A DNA stretch of 51,926 nucleotides from a virus (IMGVR_UViG_3300031949_000054:1-51926); one strand, 5' to 3'. Shown: positions 39,398 to 50,500, numbered from the stretch's first letter. The notes: a model not told the origin generated them from the letters alone. Translations and numbers: made by a program.

Positions 39398-39594
39398 GCT
39401 CCGCGTTCTTCCCCTTCCTGGCGTCTGCCTTGCCCTGGCGGGAGAGCGCGGATGTGCACGCGCACGTCGGCCCGGCGGATCGAGAGCAGCTCCTGGAGCG
39501 TGCAGCCGCAATCGAGCTCGGTCGCCTGGATGAACCGCACGCGCACGGGATCCACGTGGCCGGTAGCGGGGTTGATCACTTGGGCTAAGTTCAC
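39394..39594 (-). CDS. Hypothetical 66-aa protein
   Basis: GTG 39594 forms a GTGA overlap with the endolysin stop. The stop forms an ATGA overlap with the next gene. This corresponds to the last 66 codons of track ORF 39394..40023. Confidence 0.4.
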   Translation of the reverse strand: MNLAQVINPATGHVDPVRVRFIQATELDCGCTLQELLSIRRADVRVHIRALPPGQGRRQEGEERGA

Positions 39595-40196
39595 GCGAGC
39601 TCCTCTTTGGCGGCTTCCCATCGAGCGATGCGGTCGTCCTCGCCGTTCAAGCCTCCGTTGATCGCATAGGTGATCGCCTTGAATTCCCCGAGGTCGGCGA
39701 GATCGTTTAAGTTCACCCCGACCGGGACGCCGTAGTCCTTGGCTGCTTGGGAGAGCCGCAGGCCCGCGCCTACCGACCAGAACCAGCCGGCGGAGCGCGT
39801 GGCGAGCGCGGGCTCCTCGAGGAGTTCTGGCTCGTCTTCCAGCGGGACGTTGAGCGCCTGGCCGCAGGCGGCGTAGTTGCCCCGGCCGGTGATCTGGATC
39901 AGGCCCCGCCCGCGGTAGCGGAAGCCGTCGCCCTCGTAGAGGTTGCCCAGGACCGCAGCCTTGCGGGATGGCGGCTCGTAGGCGCGCTGGGCGGGCGTGG
40001 GGCCCCAGATCTCGCGCACCCACAGAAACCCGTTTGACTCGTGGCCGAGCTGGGCGAGGAAGGCCGCCTGGCGCCCGGGGGTGTCGATGTCGAACTCCTC
40101 CATGGTCGTGTTCAAGGGGCCGAGGAAGGCCTCCAGGCGCAGGTGGTTCGTCTTCGGGGCGACTGCGCGCAGATCATCGGTGGTGATCGGGTCCAT
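39591..40196 (-). CDS. Endolysin, glycoside hydrolase family 19 (chitinase-like)
   Basis: 201-aa ORF. AAFLAQLGHESNGF and YRGRGLIQITGRGNYAACG motifs. Confidence 0.85.
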   Translation of the reverse strand: MDPITTDDLRAVAPKTNHLRLEAFLGPLNTTMEEFDIDTPGRQAAFLAQLGHESNGFLWVREIWGPTPAQRAYEPPSRKAAVLGNLYEGDGFRYRGRGLIQITGRGNYAACGQALNVPLEDEPELLEEPALATRSAGWFWSVGAGLRLSQAAKDYGVPVGVNLNDLADLGEFKAITYAINGGLNGEDDRIARWEAAKEELA

Positions 40197-40197
40197 T

Positions 40198-40572
40198 TTA
40201 GAAATCGATTTTTATTCCTGCAGAGGCATTGCGGCGCACTTGATTAGCCTCGAGCCCTATCCACACGTACTGCCAGCCTTTTCTCCATGGCGGCGGGAGC
40301 AGGTAGCTCACGGCAGCATGGCCTACTGTGTGTGCGGCCATGTACTTGTTCACGCGGCCCATTGATGGGTGTTCCCCCAATGCCGGACTAACTTCGTGAA
40401 ACTGCTCCGGGTGTTTGACGATGTGTCTTGTCTGTCCCCAATCGGCGAGGAAGAGCACCGTGAGTGTGGTTTGACGACGTGTATCCTCGCGCGTCCAGTC
40501 CCCCTCCGCCCCGGCACAAAATGATGCCGTAGCAAAGGCTAGGGCAACAGCAAACCTCGGTACTGAAATCAT
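40198..40572 (-). CDS. Secreted small protein of unknown function (low-GC gene)
   Basis: 124-aa ORF. Signal-peptide-like MISVPRFAVALAFATASFCAGAEG. The C-terminus ..AGIKIDF ends in Phe with alternating hydrophobic residues. Confidence 0.6.
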   Translation of the reverse strand: MISVPRFAVALAFATASFCAGAEGDWTREDTRRQTTLTVLFLADWGQTRHIVKHPEQFHEVSPALGEHPSMGRVNKYMAAHTVGHAAVSYLLPPPWRKGWQYVWIGLEANQVRRNASAGIKIDF

Positions 40573-41759
40573 ATTAGTTGCTCTACGAGTAGCCCTTCTT
40601 GAACGACATCGTTGGTCGCTGTCACCAAGTCTGCGACTGCTTTTATCACGATAGGTGCAGAGTCTGCTTCGGTGGCCGTATATTGGGCCGATGATCCCTT
40701 CACCGTGTTCAGGGTGCCGCCGCCCGTTGCTTCCAGCGTCTCTTGGAACGTCATGCGGACATCCTGATTACCAGAGGCAGTACGAACAACAATTATTTCT
40801 GCTTTCCAGAATACTGCCTCGGAGATTGTGAGGGCCAAAGGACGGGATGTGCTCCCCCATGCAATCCCGAGGACTTTGCCGTTTACGTTGTTCGCGCCTG
40901 TTCCCCACATGGTCACTCTGATGCCCTTGCCGTTGGCGTCCAGGGTGTCGGCCGGGAGGGAATAAGTGATTAAATCATCGGGGCCTGCATTGACGTTCCC
41001 AACGGCAGCCGCGTCTAGCTTCAAGACGTTCGATCCCGTGGCTGCGAGTACTATATTAGCGGTGCCGTCAAAGCTTACGCCGTTGATAGTTCTCGCTGTT
41101 TGAAGAGCGCTTGCGGTCCCGGCGTTGCCGGACACTGAGGATTGGTCCCCGGTGTTATTGCCAGAGCTCGTTCCGCTGAAGGTCCCGTTTTGCGTGGCAA
41201 GAGTGCCGAGGCCTAAAGTAGCACGCTGGGCGGTCGCATCGGCGTCATCAAGTATCGCCCGTCCCGCTGCTGTAACGGGGATTTCCTCGGTGTCTCCCGC
41301 CCCTGCCGTTGCTCGGCCGAGCATCTTGTCCGTCGCAGAGATGTTTTGGATCTTGGCGTAAGTAACCGAGTCGTTCCCTATATTGGCGGCGGCCACGACA
41401 TCCTGCGAGAAAGTGATGGCCGAAGTACCGATCAGGATCGGGTCGGCGCTCGATACGAGCCAAACGCCTGTGGTGGTCGAGCCTTCGTTCACCCGGACGA
41501 TGGTGCCGCGCACAATGTCTCGGTTGCCATCGAAGTCCGGGGCCCTGGACCAGGCACCGGTGCTCACCGTGTAGATGCCGTTGTCGACCGCACTTGCCTG
41601 GTCTTTCACGAGGACACGATCCCCGTCGACCACGGCGATCCCGTCCACGGTCTGCTCCCCCGAGAGGACGAGGACGCCGGTGGAGGCCGCTCGGCACGGG
41701 GTCTTGATGGCAAGGCCGGGGGAGAGCTGCTGCTGGCGGGATTCGCTGATGGTGGTCAT
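40569..41759 (-). CDS. Tail fibre / receptor-binding protein
   Basis: 396-aa ORF. The N-terminal ..LVLSGEQTVDGIAVVDGDRVLVKDQASAVDNGIYTVSTGAWSRAPDFD.. is a common tail-fibre N-domain. The 3' half looks lower in GC. Confidence 0.7.
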   Translation of the reverse strand: MTTISESRQQQLSPGLAIKTPCRAASTGVLVLSGEQTVDGIAVVDGDRVLVKDQASAVDNGIYTVSTGAWSRAPDFDGNRDIVRGTIVRVNEGSTTTGVWLVSSADPILIGTSAITFSQDVVAAANIGNDSVTYAKIQNISATDKMLGRATAGAGDTEEIPVTAAGRAILDDADATAQRATLGLGTLATQNGTFSGTSSGNNTGDQSSVSGNAGTASALQTARTINGVSFDGTANIVLAATGSNVLKLDAAAVGNVNAGPDDLITYSLPADTLDANGKGIRVTMWGTGANNVNGKVLGIAWGSTSRPLALTISEAVFWKAEIIVVRTASGNQDVRMTFQETLEATGGGTLNTVKGSSAQYTATEADSAPIVIKAVADLVTATNDVVQEGLLVEQLI

Positions 41760-41773
41760 CTGGAAAGTTCCTC

Positions 41774-43504
41774 TTACGTCCTCGCACCGCGCTGGTTGCG
41801 CAGGTGCTCCTGGACGATGTGCTGCGTTGCAAAACGAACGAGCGCGGCGAAGTCTTCCTCCTCCTCGCGCTCGAGCTGCTCGCGGCGCCGGCGCTCCTCG
41901 CGCCAGCGGTTGCGCGCGCCCAGGGTGATGACGGTCGAGACACCGCCCGGAGTGGCGTCCTCCCCGATTGCTTCGGCGTCAGAAGTACCCTCGGATAGCG
42001 CTGCGGCCTCGACATCGCTTGCCCCTTCGGCTTGGGCGTCCGCCTGGCCAGCGGAGGATGCGGCACCGGCGTTGATACCAGCTTGGACCTCGTCACCCTG
42101 TGCTTGGGCGTCGGCGATCCCTTGGGAATCGGCGTCCGAGGCGGCTCGTGCGGCACCTTCAGCTTGGGCATCGGAGGCGCCATCTGATCGGGCGACAGCC
42201 TCGGAGGCAGCCAATGCGGCGCCTTCGGCCTGGGCATCGGAGGCGCCATCTGATTGGGCGATGGCGTCGGAGAGTGACGCTCCTACTGCGGTGGTGACCG
42301 CAACCCCCGGGCTTGATGCTTGGGCGGCGGCGATCGCCGCGGTTGCGCCCTGTGCGCTTGAAGTGCCGACGGTGGAGGCCGCTCCGCCGCCGCCAGCAGC
42401 AGCCGGCTTGAACGCCACCGCACCAGTCGCGTCCTCGAAATTTACATTCTTCGTCCAAGACATCACCCCGCCAGCAGACCCTAGTTGAGTCGATCCTGAA
42501 AAACACGTGCTCCCGCTTTGCTGCGCCCACCTGTCGGTCTGACCAGCTCCTGCCGTTAGACCACCTGTTTGGCAGAAAGCGAAGCAAACATCAACAACCA
42601 GATCATCGGCGCCAACGCTCCCCACCGTATTTGTCGGAGTCGTGCGCCCCGTGGAGGTGGAAGTAGCTGCAGTACCGACAGGGGATGCTTGATCCACTCC
42701 GGTCATGGTGATAACTCCACCACCGAACGTCCCCGGAGTTGCTCCACCAACCGCTGTTATGACAACAGTTTGTGCTCCAGTCGGGATACCGGATTCTACA
42801 AGTTGTAGTCCGCTGAACTGTTGTGAATCAGAGAATGCGCCGTCAAGGTTCCAGATTGGAGTAGAGCTATTCCCGTTGTACGTCGCCGTGAAACTCGTCT
42901 GTGCATTGCCGCTTGATGCCTCGCTCACTGCACCGAAAAACGCTGCGCGATCTGACCCGGAAGCAGTATGTGAGAAACTAATTACTCCGTCACCAGAGAT
43001 TTCCAGAGCCGAACTTGCGGCGTCGAAAGCCGCAGAACTATGGAAGGCGAGTCGTGGCGCGGGTTCAGCTTTACCAAGAACGATGATGTCACTGTCGATA
43101 GAGCCATCAAGCGAGGTAACTTCTATTCTCGCGGTGTAACTCGTCTTGGAGCGCTCGCCGAGCCTGACTGGAAAGCCCTCCTTGACACCGAAAAACCCCC
43201 ACGGGATTCCGTACTTGAGGATGTACTCGGCGATCTCACCTTCGCCCCTCCTAGCCGTACCAGGGACAATGCCACCTGCCGCCTGGCCGTCGCAGCGATA
43301 TTCCTCGCCATCAATTTCTATGATGGTTGCTATTTTTAGTCTGTCGGCGTTCCCCCAAGCCTTGGGATTTAGCGAGGTCGGCCTAGTTATCCTGATTTCT
43401 ATTTCCGAGGTCTGAGGCAGAATGACAAGCGGCGGCAGGACGAAACGCCCAGCCGTGCTCGCTATGGCAAGGCGTTGTCTAGGAAAAAGAGTGGTGAGCG
43501 CCAT
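41774..43504 (-). CDS. Tail-associated protein with a low-GC N-terminal beta-rich domain, Ala/Asp/Gln-rich tandem repeats and a charged C-terminal helix
   Basis: 576-aa ORF containing SDGASDAQAEGAA repeats and the C-terminal stretch RNRWREERRRREQLEREEEED. Confidence 0.6.
   Translation of the reverse strand: MALTTLFPRQRLAIASTAGRFVLPPLVILPQTSEIEIRITRPTSLNPKAWGNADRLKIATIIEIDGEEYRCDGQAAGGIVPGTARRGEGEIAEYILKYGIPWGFFGVKEGFPVRLGERSKTSYTARIEVTSLDGSIDSDIIVLGKAEPAPRLAFHSSAAFDAASSALEISGDGVISFSHTASGSDRAAFFGAVSEASSGNAQTSFTATYNGNSSTPIWNLDGAFSDSQQFSGLQLVESGIPTGAQTVVITAVGGATPGTFGGGVITMTGVDQASPVGTAATSTSTGRTTPTNTVGSVGADDLVVDVCFAFCQTGGLTAGAGQTDRWAQQSGSTCFSGSTQLGSAGGVMSWTKNVNFEDATGAVAFKPAAAGGGGAASTVGTSSAQGATAAIAAAQASSPGVAVTTAVGASLSDAIAQSDGASDAQAEGAALAASEAVARSDGASDAQAEGAARAASDADSQGIADAQAQGDEVQAGINAGAASSAGQADAQAEGASDVEAAALSEGTSDAEAIGEDATPGGVSTVITLGARNRWREERRRREQLEREEEEDFAALVRFATQHIVQEHLRNQRGART
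42150..42281. repeat. Two tandem copies of a 66-bp (22-codon) unit inside 41774..43504
   Basis: Units start at 42150 and 42216. I counted 4 mismatches in the first 46 nt. More degenerate copies continue toward 41960. Confidence 0.8.
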
Positions 43505-43529
43505 TTTATGTCGCTTTTGGGCTGTCCTC

Positions 43530-43970
43530 CTATTGCTCGGTGACCGAACTGAGCGTCGTCAGCCGCGGGGTCACGTTCTGCCCGGAGTTGATAGTCGGGG
43601 CAATGGTGCCTGTGTAGGCTGCCGAGCTTCCGGTGGAGTCTGAGCTGGGATACACCGAGAAGTGCGTAAAGGTCCCGGTGGTGGTGGAGGTGTTCTGCGG
43701 GAAGTCGATGTTCGCCACAGGGCTCGCGCCGGCCGCCGCGCCGCTTGAGCCGCTTGTCACCGACCACCCGGCGGTGGAGCGATCGGTAGCCACGCGGGTG
43801 TACTGGGCGTATCCGCCCTCGGCGGCGCTTGAGCCTGAGTCGCCCGGATCCGCGGTATGTAGTCCCAGCCACACGAGCGTGGTGCCGGCGGTTGCGGCCC
43901 AGTTGGTCCAGGCGACCCCGTTGAAAGTCTGTCTCAGGCAGGCGTATTCGAAGTTGTCGGTCTTGCTCAT
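43530..43970 (-). CDS. Conserved phage hypothetical protein (Ser/Thr/Gly-rich, tail-fibre neighbourhood)
   Basis: 146-aa ORF (MSKTDNFEYACLRQTFNGVAWTNW..LGLHTADPGDSG..). Confidence 0.6.
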   Translation of the reverse strand: MSKTDNFEYACLRQTFNGVAWTNWAATAGTTLVWLGLHTADPGDSGSSAAEGGYAQYTRVATDRSTAGWSVTSGSSGAAAGASPVANIDFPQNTSTTTGTFTHFSVYPSSDSTGSSAAYTGTIAPTINSGQNVTPRLTTLSSVTEQ

Positions 43971-43985
43971 TGAGCTACTCCTTGG

Positions 43986-44591
43986 TCATGACTTCTTTAC
44001 CGGGGTCGCGCGGTATTTCGCGGCGCGGCCGTTGCCGTCCCTTGCGGCGACGGTGAACTCGTATTCTGGAGCCTCGACGGGTACGGGCTGGGGTGTGGTT
44101 TTCATGGCAGCCTCGAGCCCGTCCAGGCGCTTCACAGTATCCGCGTGGGCTTGGGTGGCGATGGTGAGGAGCCTTCGCAGTTCGGCGTTCGTCGCGCGCT
44201 CGCGCTCGACGGTGGCGAAGCTCGAGGTGAGCTGCCCGCTCGCCTCGGTCTGCGCGGCGGTCATCTCCTGGACCATGAGGGTCAGGTCCGCGATGTCTTT
44301 GCGCATGGTCTCGGTGGTCTGGCCCTCGGGCGTGGCCTCGGCCTGGAGGCGGGCGGCTTCCTCTTGCTCAAGGACGAGTCTGCCGTATGCTCGCGTGGTC
44401 TCGTCGCGCTCGCGCTCGGCTTGCTCGCGCGCGAGGCCCGCCTCCTCCCGTAGGCGCACCTCCGCGGCAATGTCTGAGCGCATCTGCGCGCGTGCCTCCT
44501 CCAACGCAGAGTTATCCACAGGTTGTCCACCGGTTGGCTTGGCGAGGCTTGCGAGCCCCGCGGAGGCGATCGTGTGCAGTTTCGTGGTCAT
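43986..44591 (-). CDS. Coiled-coil protein
   Basis: 201-aa ORF rich in Glu/Arg/Ala heptad-like sequence. It overlaps the giant gene's stop by 4 nt. Confidence 0.6.
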   Translation of the reverse strand: MTTKLHTIASAGLASLAKPTGGQPVDNSALEEARAQMRSDIAAEVRLREEAGLAREQAERERDETTRAYGRLVLEQEEAARLQAEATPEGQTTETMRKDIADLTLMVQEMTAAQTEASGQLTSSFATVERERATNAELRRLLTIATQAHADTVKRLDGLEAAMKTTPQPVPVEAPEYEFTVAARDGNGRAAKYRATPVKKS

Positions 44592-47500
44592 TTGACGATC
44601 TCCAGAGCCTGATTTGGTGTGGTTTTCTGCCGGTATGCCTTGATTTCTGCTTCAGTGAAGCCGGCCTCGCGGAACTGCTTGTCGAGGGCGGTGCGGTCCT
44701 TCGAGGCTTTATCCAGGGCGACCTTCATCTCCCGCAGCGTGGCGTTGCCGGCGCCGGCCATGGCGATCATCTGGTAGTACACCGTATCGATCAGCTGGCG
44801 CTTCTCTCCGGCCGGGAAGTTGGGGTTCCTGTCGACCAACTGGATGGTGCGCTGCGCGGTGCCTAGGCCCTCGTGGATCCCTTTCAGGCGCACCATCTTG
44901 TCCGGGTCGATCGAAGCCTCCCGGAGTGCTGCCTCGGCGTCGCCCTGGCGCGCGAGGTGGCGGATGGTGTCCAGGACCTTGGTCGCCTTGTCGTAGCTGT
45001 CGTAGAAGTCCTGGATGGACTGCGCTTGGCCCGAGGGGTAGCGCACCATGAACCCGCGTAGCACCGGCAGGTCGGCCAAGGTGGAGGCCGGGCGGATGGG
45101 GTCGGGCAGCACACCGGTCTTCCTGAGCGCAATGTCCGCGGTCTGCAGGGCGTACACCCCGAGGGTCCCAGTCCAGGCCCGGATGTAGTTGTCGATGATC
45201 ATCGGGGAGGCCGCGGACTTGTCGTGCATGCCCGGGATCGCGCCGATGATGTGCCCCAGGGCGCGCGTCGCCTGGGTGGTGTAGCTCGAGTACTGGTACT
45301 CGGGGAGGAGCTTTTCCATGCTCGATGATACCAGGGGTCGGTCGGTGAAGAAGTTCCAGTTCACGATCTGCCCCACGACCGGGGCAGCGACGGTGGGCAT
45401 GAAGTTCAGGCCCATCGTGTTCACCATGGTGCTCGAGAAGTCCTTGAACGAGTCGGGCTTGTCGTCGTAGAAGGCGTCCAGGATCCGCTCGACTGAGCTC
45501 CCGAAGATCACCCCGAGCTCGAAGGGCTTGGGGATGCGGTAGATGTGGTCCTCGGTGAGCACGATCCAGAAGAGGTCGCGCTGCCAGTTCGGGATCTCCT
45601 TCCAGCGCGGGTCGTCGTGGTTCGCCCACCACAGGAGCACCGAGGGCAGCGTGATGCTGGTGGCGATCGCGACCGTGGTCTGCAGCGGGCGATCGTGGAT
45701 CGCCCTCACCACGCGGTCCATGCCCTCCAGCTGCGCGTTCCAGAAGGCGGTGATCATGTTCAGGGACCGGGTCTTCGCGCCCAGGCGCGCGAAGTCCAGG
45801 GTCACCTCGCGGGACTCGTAGCCGGCCGCCAGGATCTCCTCCTTGGTCATGCCTTCCAGGGCCTTCTTGAACTCACCCACGCGGGTGGCGTTTTCCATCA
45901 GCTCCGAGGCGATCCGCAGGGGTTCCAGGGGATTCTTCACGATGTTCCAGGTCTTGTCGTAGAAGGTGAGCTGGCCGGTATGCTTGGCGAGCGCGGTCTG
46001 CACGTAGTCGCGGTCCAGGGCGAGCATCGCGGAGTTGGCGCCGCCTGATTTCAGCCACGCCTGGAACTCCGCATCGTGCTTGGCGATCGAGACAGCCCCA
46101 CGGGCTAGGTCCAGGACCGGCACGTAGCCGCTCTTGGAGAGGACGTAGGCGCTGAACTGGTCGCGCACCGGGTTCCGCGAGATGAAGTCAGGGGAGAGCG
46201 TCGCGCCGGCCCTGAGCATCCGGGCCGGGATCGCGAGGATCTGGGTCAACATGCCGGCGGTCTCGCGGTCGGTCGCCTTGAAGGCGGTCGCTACTTCCTC
46301 GGGCACCTGGTAGACCGCGCGCTTGCCATCGGTGAAGACCACGATCTGGTCGTGCTCGGGGACGAGGGAGTTGCGGCGGAACACGGTGAGGGTGTCCTCG
46401 GGGGCCTCGATCCCGTGGGCCTCGAGGAAGCGGCTCATCTCCTCGTCCTGGATCTCGATCGGGCGTACCGGTTGCTTCACCTTCTGCACGAGTTCCTCTC
46501 CTCGCCCGGAGCGCTCGGCGAGGGTAACGAGGGCTTGGCCCACCGCGTTGCGGTCTGCCAGGGCCGTGTACAGGTAGGTGTTCTTCACGATCGATTCCAG
46601 GGGGTCGATGATCTTCCTCTCGCTCCCCTTGATCCGCTTGATCGGGCTCCTGACCGACAGGCCGGGCCCGGCGCCGCCCTGGCCCTCGGCGTCTTCCATC
46701 AGGCGGTAGAATGGCACGTAGTCCTTGTTCGCCTCGCGCATGGCGGCGATCTGAGCGTCATTGAAGATGCCCGAGTCCTTCATGTAGGCGAGCACGTGGT
46801 CCTGGAACTCCTGCAGGTCGCGGAGCACGGCCTCGTACTTCTGCCCCTGCTCGACCACGGTGCGCGCCTCCTCGAGCGGGACGCCGGTGACGATCTTCCG
46901 CTCGGCGAGCTCGATCGAGCGCCGGCTCACAGCGTACGCCCGCAGGCCGTCGAGGTCATCCTTCACCGGGTCCAGGACGTCCTTCAGCGGCTTGCCGACG
47001 TTCTTCAGGGTCTTGAACTCGAAGGGCGAGTACTCGAGGAACTGCGTGGCACGGCCGAAGGCGCCGCGCGTCAGGCGCGCGAGCCTGTAGGGATCCTCGG
47101 CGGTCCCCAGCGCCGTGCCCTGGCGGAGCTCGTCCACGAGGTTCTTGATCGGCCAGAGGTCATCCTTCACGTCGGCGTAGAACTCCTCCCAGGTGTAGCG
47201 CCGGGGGATGGCCGGATCCATGGAGATGCGCTCGAGCACCGCTTTCTGCGGGTCGCTCGGGGGCGGGGATTGCGGGGGACGCGGCGGCGCGGCGGCGGGC
47301 GGTGCCGGCGGCGGGCCTGCGGGGCGCTCGGCCTGGGAGGAGAGCATGCGGTCCAGTACCCCGCGGACGTCATCCGACAGGCCGGCGTCCTTCACGATCG
47401 TGTAGATCTCCAGCAGCCAGTCGCGGAACTGCTCGAAGATCGAGCGCAGCGCGGGGCTCGGGGCCTTGCCTTCGGCGAGGTACTGCTCGAAGCCCTGGGC

Positions 47501-50500
47501 GAACTTTTCGTGCGCCGCGCGCGGGATCTCCGCGCCCTCCTCCAGGGCGAGCCAGTCGGAGAGCACCTTCCAGTCCTGGCGCGCGAGCGCCGGGGCGGCT
47601 TCGCCCGTGGCAAGGTCGCGAGTGACCTGCAAAAAGAAGTGCCCGGTCTCGTGCAGGAAGGTGGAGCGGTCGGCGTTCTCCAGGAGGCTGATGATCGTGC
47701 CGCGCTCGCCGAACTCGATCTGCCCGCGAGGGGCGCCCTCGCCCTCCTGGAAGAGTGGCATGCCCTTCAGGGCCTTTTCCTTCAGCGCCGGGGAAATGTC
47801 GAAGCCGGGCTGCGTGGCGCTTGTCTCATCTTGGCCACGTATATCGATCTCGACCTTACCGACCTTCTCGCCGCCCAGCTTCTTCAGGACGTCGTTCGCG
47901 ACGTTGGGCACGATGCGGTCGTAGAAGGCGGCCATGCCGGTGTCGTCGATCCGGATGTTCTCGCCCTCGATCACGCCCGACTGGGCCGGGTCGTTCCGGA
48001 TCTGGTCAGCCATCGCCTTGCCGATCGCGTCGGAGAGTTCGGTTTCCTTCTGGGTGGTGTCGACGACTTTGTTCCTCTGTGAGCTTTTGTCGAATAGCCG
48101 TTTGAGCTCCTCACGCTCAACCTCAGACAGAGATTCTTCGCGGAGCCGTTCATCACGCTCAAGTGTGGCAAGCCTTCTTTCTTCGACAGGTGACAGCGAT
48201 TTGCCGCCCTTGTACCCGACGAGCTGCACGCCCTCGGGCGTCTTCGTCCACTCGATCAAGTCGACCTCTTTGCGGAGGGCGTCGCGGTAGCGCGTGACCT
48301 GCTGCTCGCCGGTGGTCCAGGCGATGCGCTCGTAGCCTTCGTCGGCGGCGTAGCGGATCATGCGCTTCATGGACAATGCCAACCAAGCTTCTGTTTTCTC
48401 GACGAACGGCGCTCGTGGCACTCCTCCAGTTTCTTTGCGCCGACGCAAATGGTCATACTCCAGATGCTGCGCGTTTGTCATTTCATCGAACGTTAACTTG
48501 TCCAATTCGGCGAAACGAACCGTCTCTCTAGCATCAAGTCCAGAAAAGCCTTTACGCGGGTCCCTCCCAGTTGCAGACCAATCCGACTGCCACTCTTCAA
48601 CGAAAAGAACTTTCCGTCCTTCGGTATAGGTGCGCTCGTTGAAGCGGATGTGGGCGATGATGTTTGGTTCTTCGAAGTGGGTCGATAGGAAGACCGGATC
48701 AGAGCGCATTGCTTCAAACTGCTCTGCTGTTATTTCCCCACGCTCTACTCGCGCAGCTTGATCTTGTATCGACTCGCGCTCTGGCAGCGTGAGCAGCAGC
48801 TCGCGGTACTCCTGGCCTCCCGGTAGTTGGTACTGGCCGAACTTCGGCTCGGGCATCGTCATCCTGACGTGTTCGCCGTCGTAGACCGCATTCCCGGCCT
48901 CATCCCTGACGACGTCGCCTATTCCGCGCACCACCTCCTCGACCTTCACCCCTCCTTGCTCGAGGAACGCCGCCACCTGCTCCTTGGTGACTTTGCCCTC
49001 CTGGACGTCCAGCCACTCCTCGATCCCGGACCACTTGATCTCCTCGGCCTTCACGCCCTTCGTGCCCAGGCCCTTGATGTAGTCCTTCCAGGCTTTGGCG
49101 GCCCCGGACTTCATGGGGCTCGCCTCGAGCTGGCGCGCGAGCTCGGAGTACCAGAGCGGGCCTGCCACACCCTCCTGGCGCAGGATGCCGGGGGTGGCGG
49201 GGCTGGGCAGCTCGCCCGCTTCGATGCTGACCATGTAGCGCTCGAGGAGCGCGGCCGGGTCGAGGTTGTAGCGCTCGCCCGCGGAGGCGAAGAAGGCCTC
49301 CCAGACGGCGCCGTTTGCTCGGGCTTCTGCTTCGTCGACCCCGGTGGCCCGGAGCCGCTCCTCGATCGCGCGGCCGATGGCGGCCGGCTGCTCGCCGCGC
49401 GGGAGGTCGGTCAGCCCTGCGATGGGGCCTGTGGGTTCACCAGCGGGGGCTCCTGGGCGCTCGCGGCTTGAGGCTGGCTCTCCGGCTGAGGTAGCGGCTC
49501 CTGGGCGTTCCTGCGGGCGAGGAGCGCCTTGGCGGCCTTCAGCAGTTGTTGCACTCGTTCGCTCATCTACGATCCCCTTGATGGCGGACAGGAACCCCGC
49601 CTCGTCGTTCTCGAACTGCAGCGCCGCGCGCTCGACCGCGGCCTCATCGAGCGCAGCCGCCCGGGCGACCAGGTCGACCTCCACCACGTTCTGGGTGGTG
49701 GGTTCCAGTCCTTGCTCACGCGCGACCCCTGCGGCTTCGTTCCATTCTTTCTCTCCGAGACGCTTCAGTTCGGCTGCACGAGTCTGCGCGATCTGGAGCA
49801 TGTGGTCAACGGCACGTTGCTCGATCGGTTTTAACTTCTCCCCGGAGATGGCTTTTTGCACTGCAGCGCGGGTGGCGTGCTCGTTCATCTTCTTGTCCGG
49901 GCGCTCGCGCCACCATTCCGCCCTCGGGATCCAGGTGGAGAAGTTCGGGGTCCCCATGGGGCCGCCCAGGTGCCGGCCGCCGATCTGGGCCCAGCCGAGC
50001 TCGTTCGCGGCCATGATCTGCATGATCGGCAGCACGTCGGGGTGCTCGACGCCCTTTGCCTGCAGTTCCTCCTGGTAGACCTTGATCTGCTCGTCCTTCG
50101 CGAGGATCTGGGCGTGCAGCTTCGTCTGGCGGGTGGCCATCTCGGCGTGCTGCTCTGGGGTGAGGGTCTCGGAGCCGAAGTGTCCGGGCCGCGGGCCCAT
50201 GCGGGCCTGGGCTGCGGCGAGGAGGGTCTCTGCCGCTGGGAACCCCCACCCCTTCGGTGGCATCTCGACCTGCTCGCCAGGGCGTTCCGCGGGCAGCGTG
50301 TCGGATACCTGGCGTGATCCGAGCGCCGCGCGGATCTCCTCGATTCGTTTCTCGACCTCGGCGAGCTTCGGGGCATCCTCGGTGGCGCTCGTGCGGTCAG
50401 CCTCGAGCGCCTGCAACTCCTCCCGGAGCGCCATGCGCGCGGTGGTATCGGTCACCTTGCCGGGCTGGGCGAAGACCTGGGCCGGGTCGCGGTTGTCCGC

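Noticed and set aside
39595-40023. Upstream 143 codons of track ORF 39394..40023
   Set aside because: They are Arg/Pro/Gly-rich and lie entirely inside the endolysin gene in another frame. Only the last 66 codons, from the GTG at 39594, are kept.
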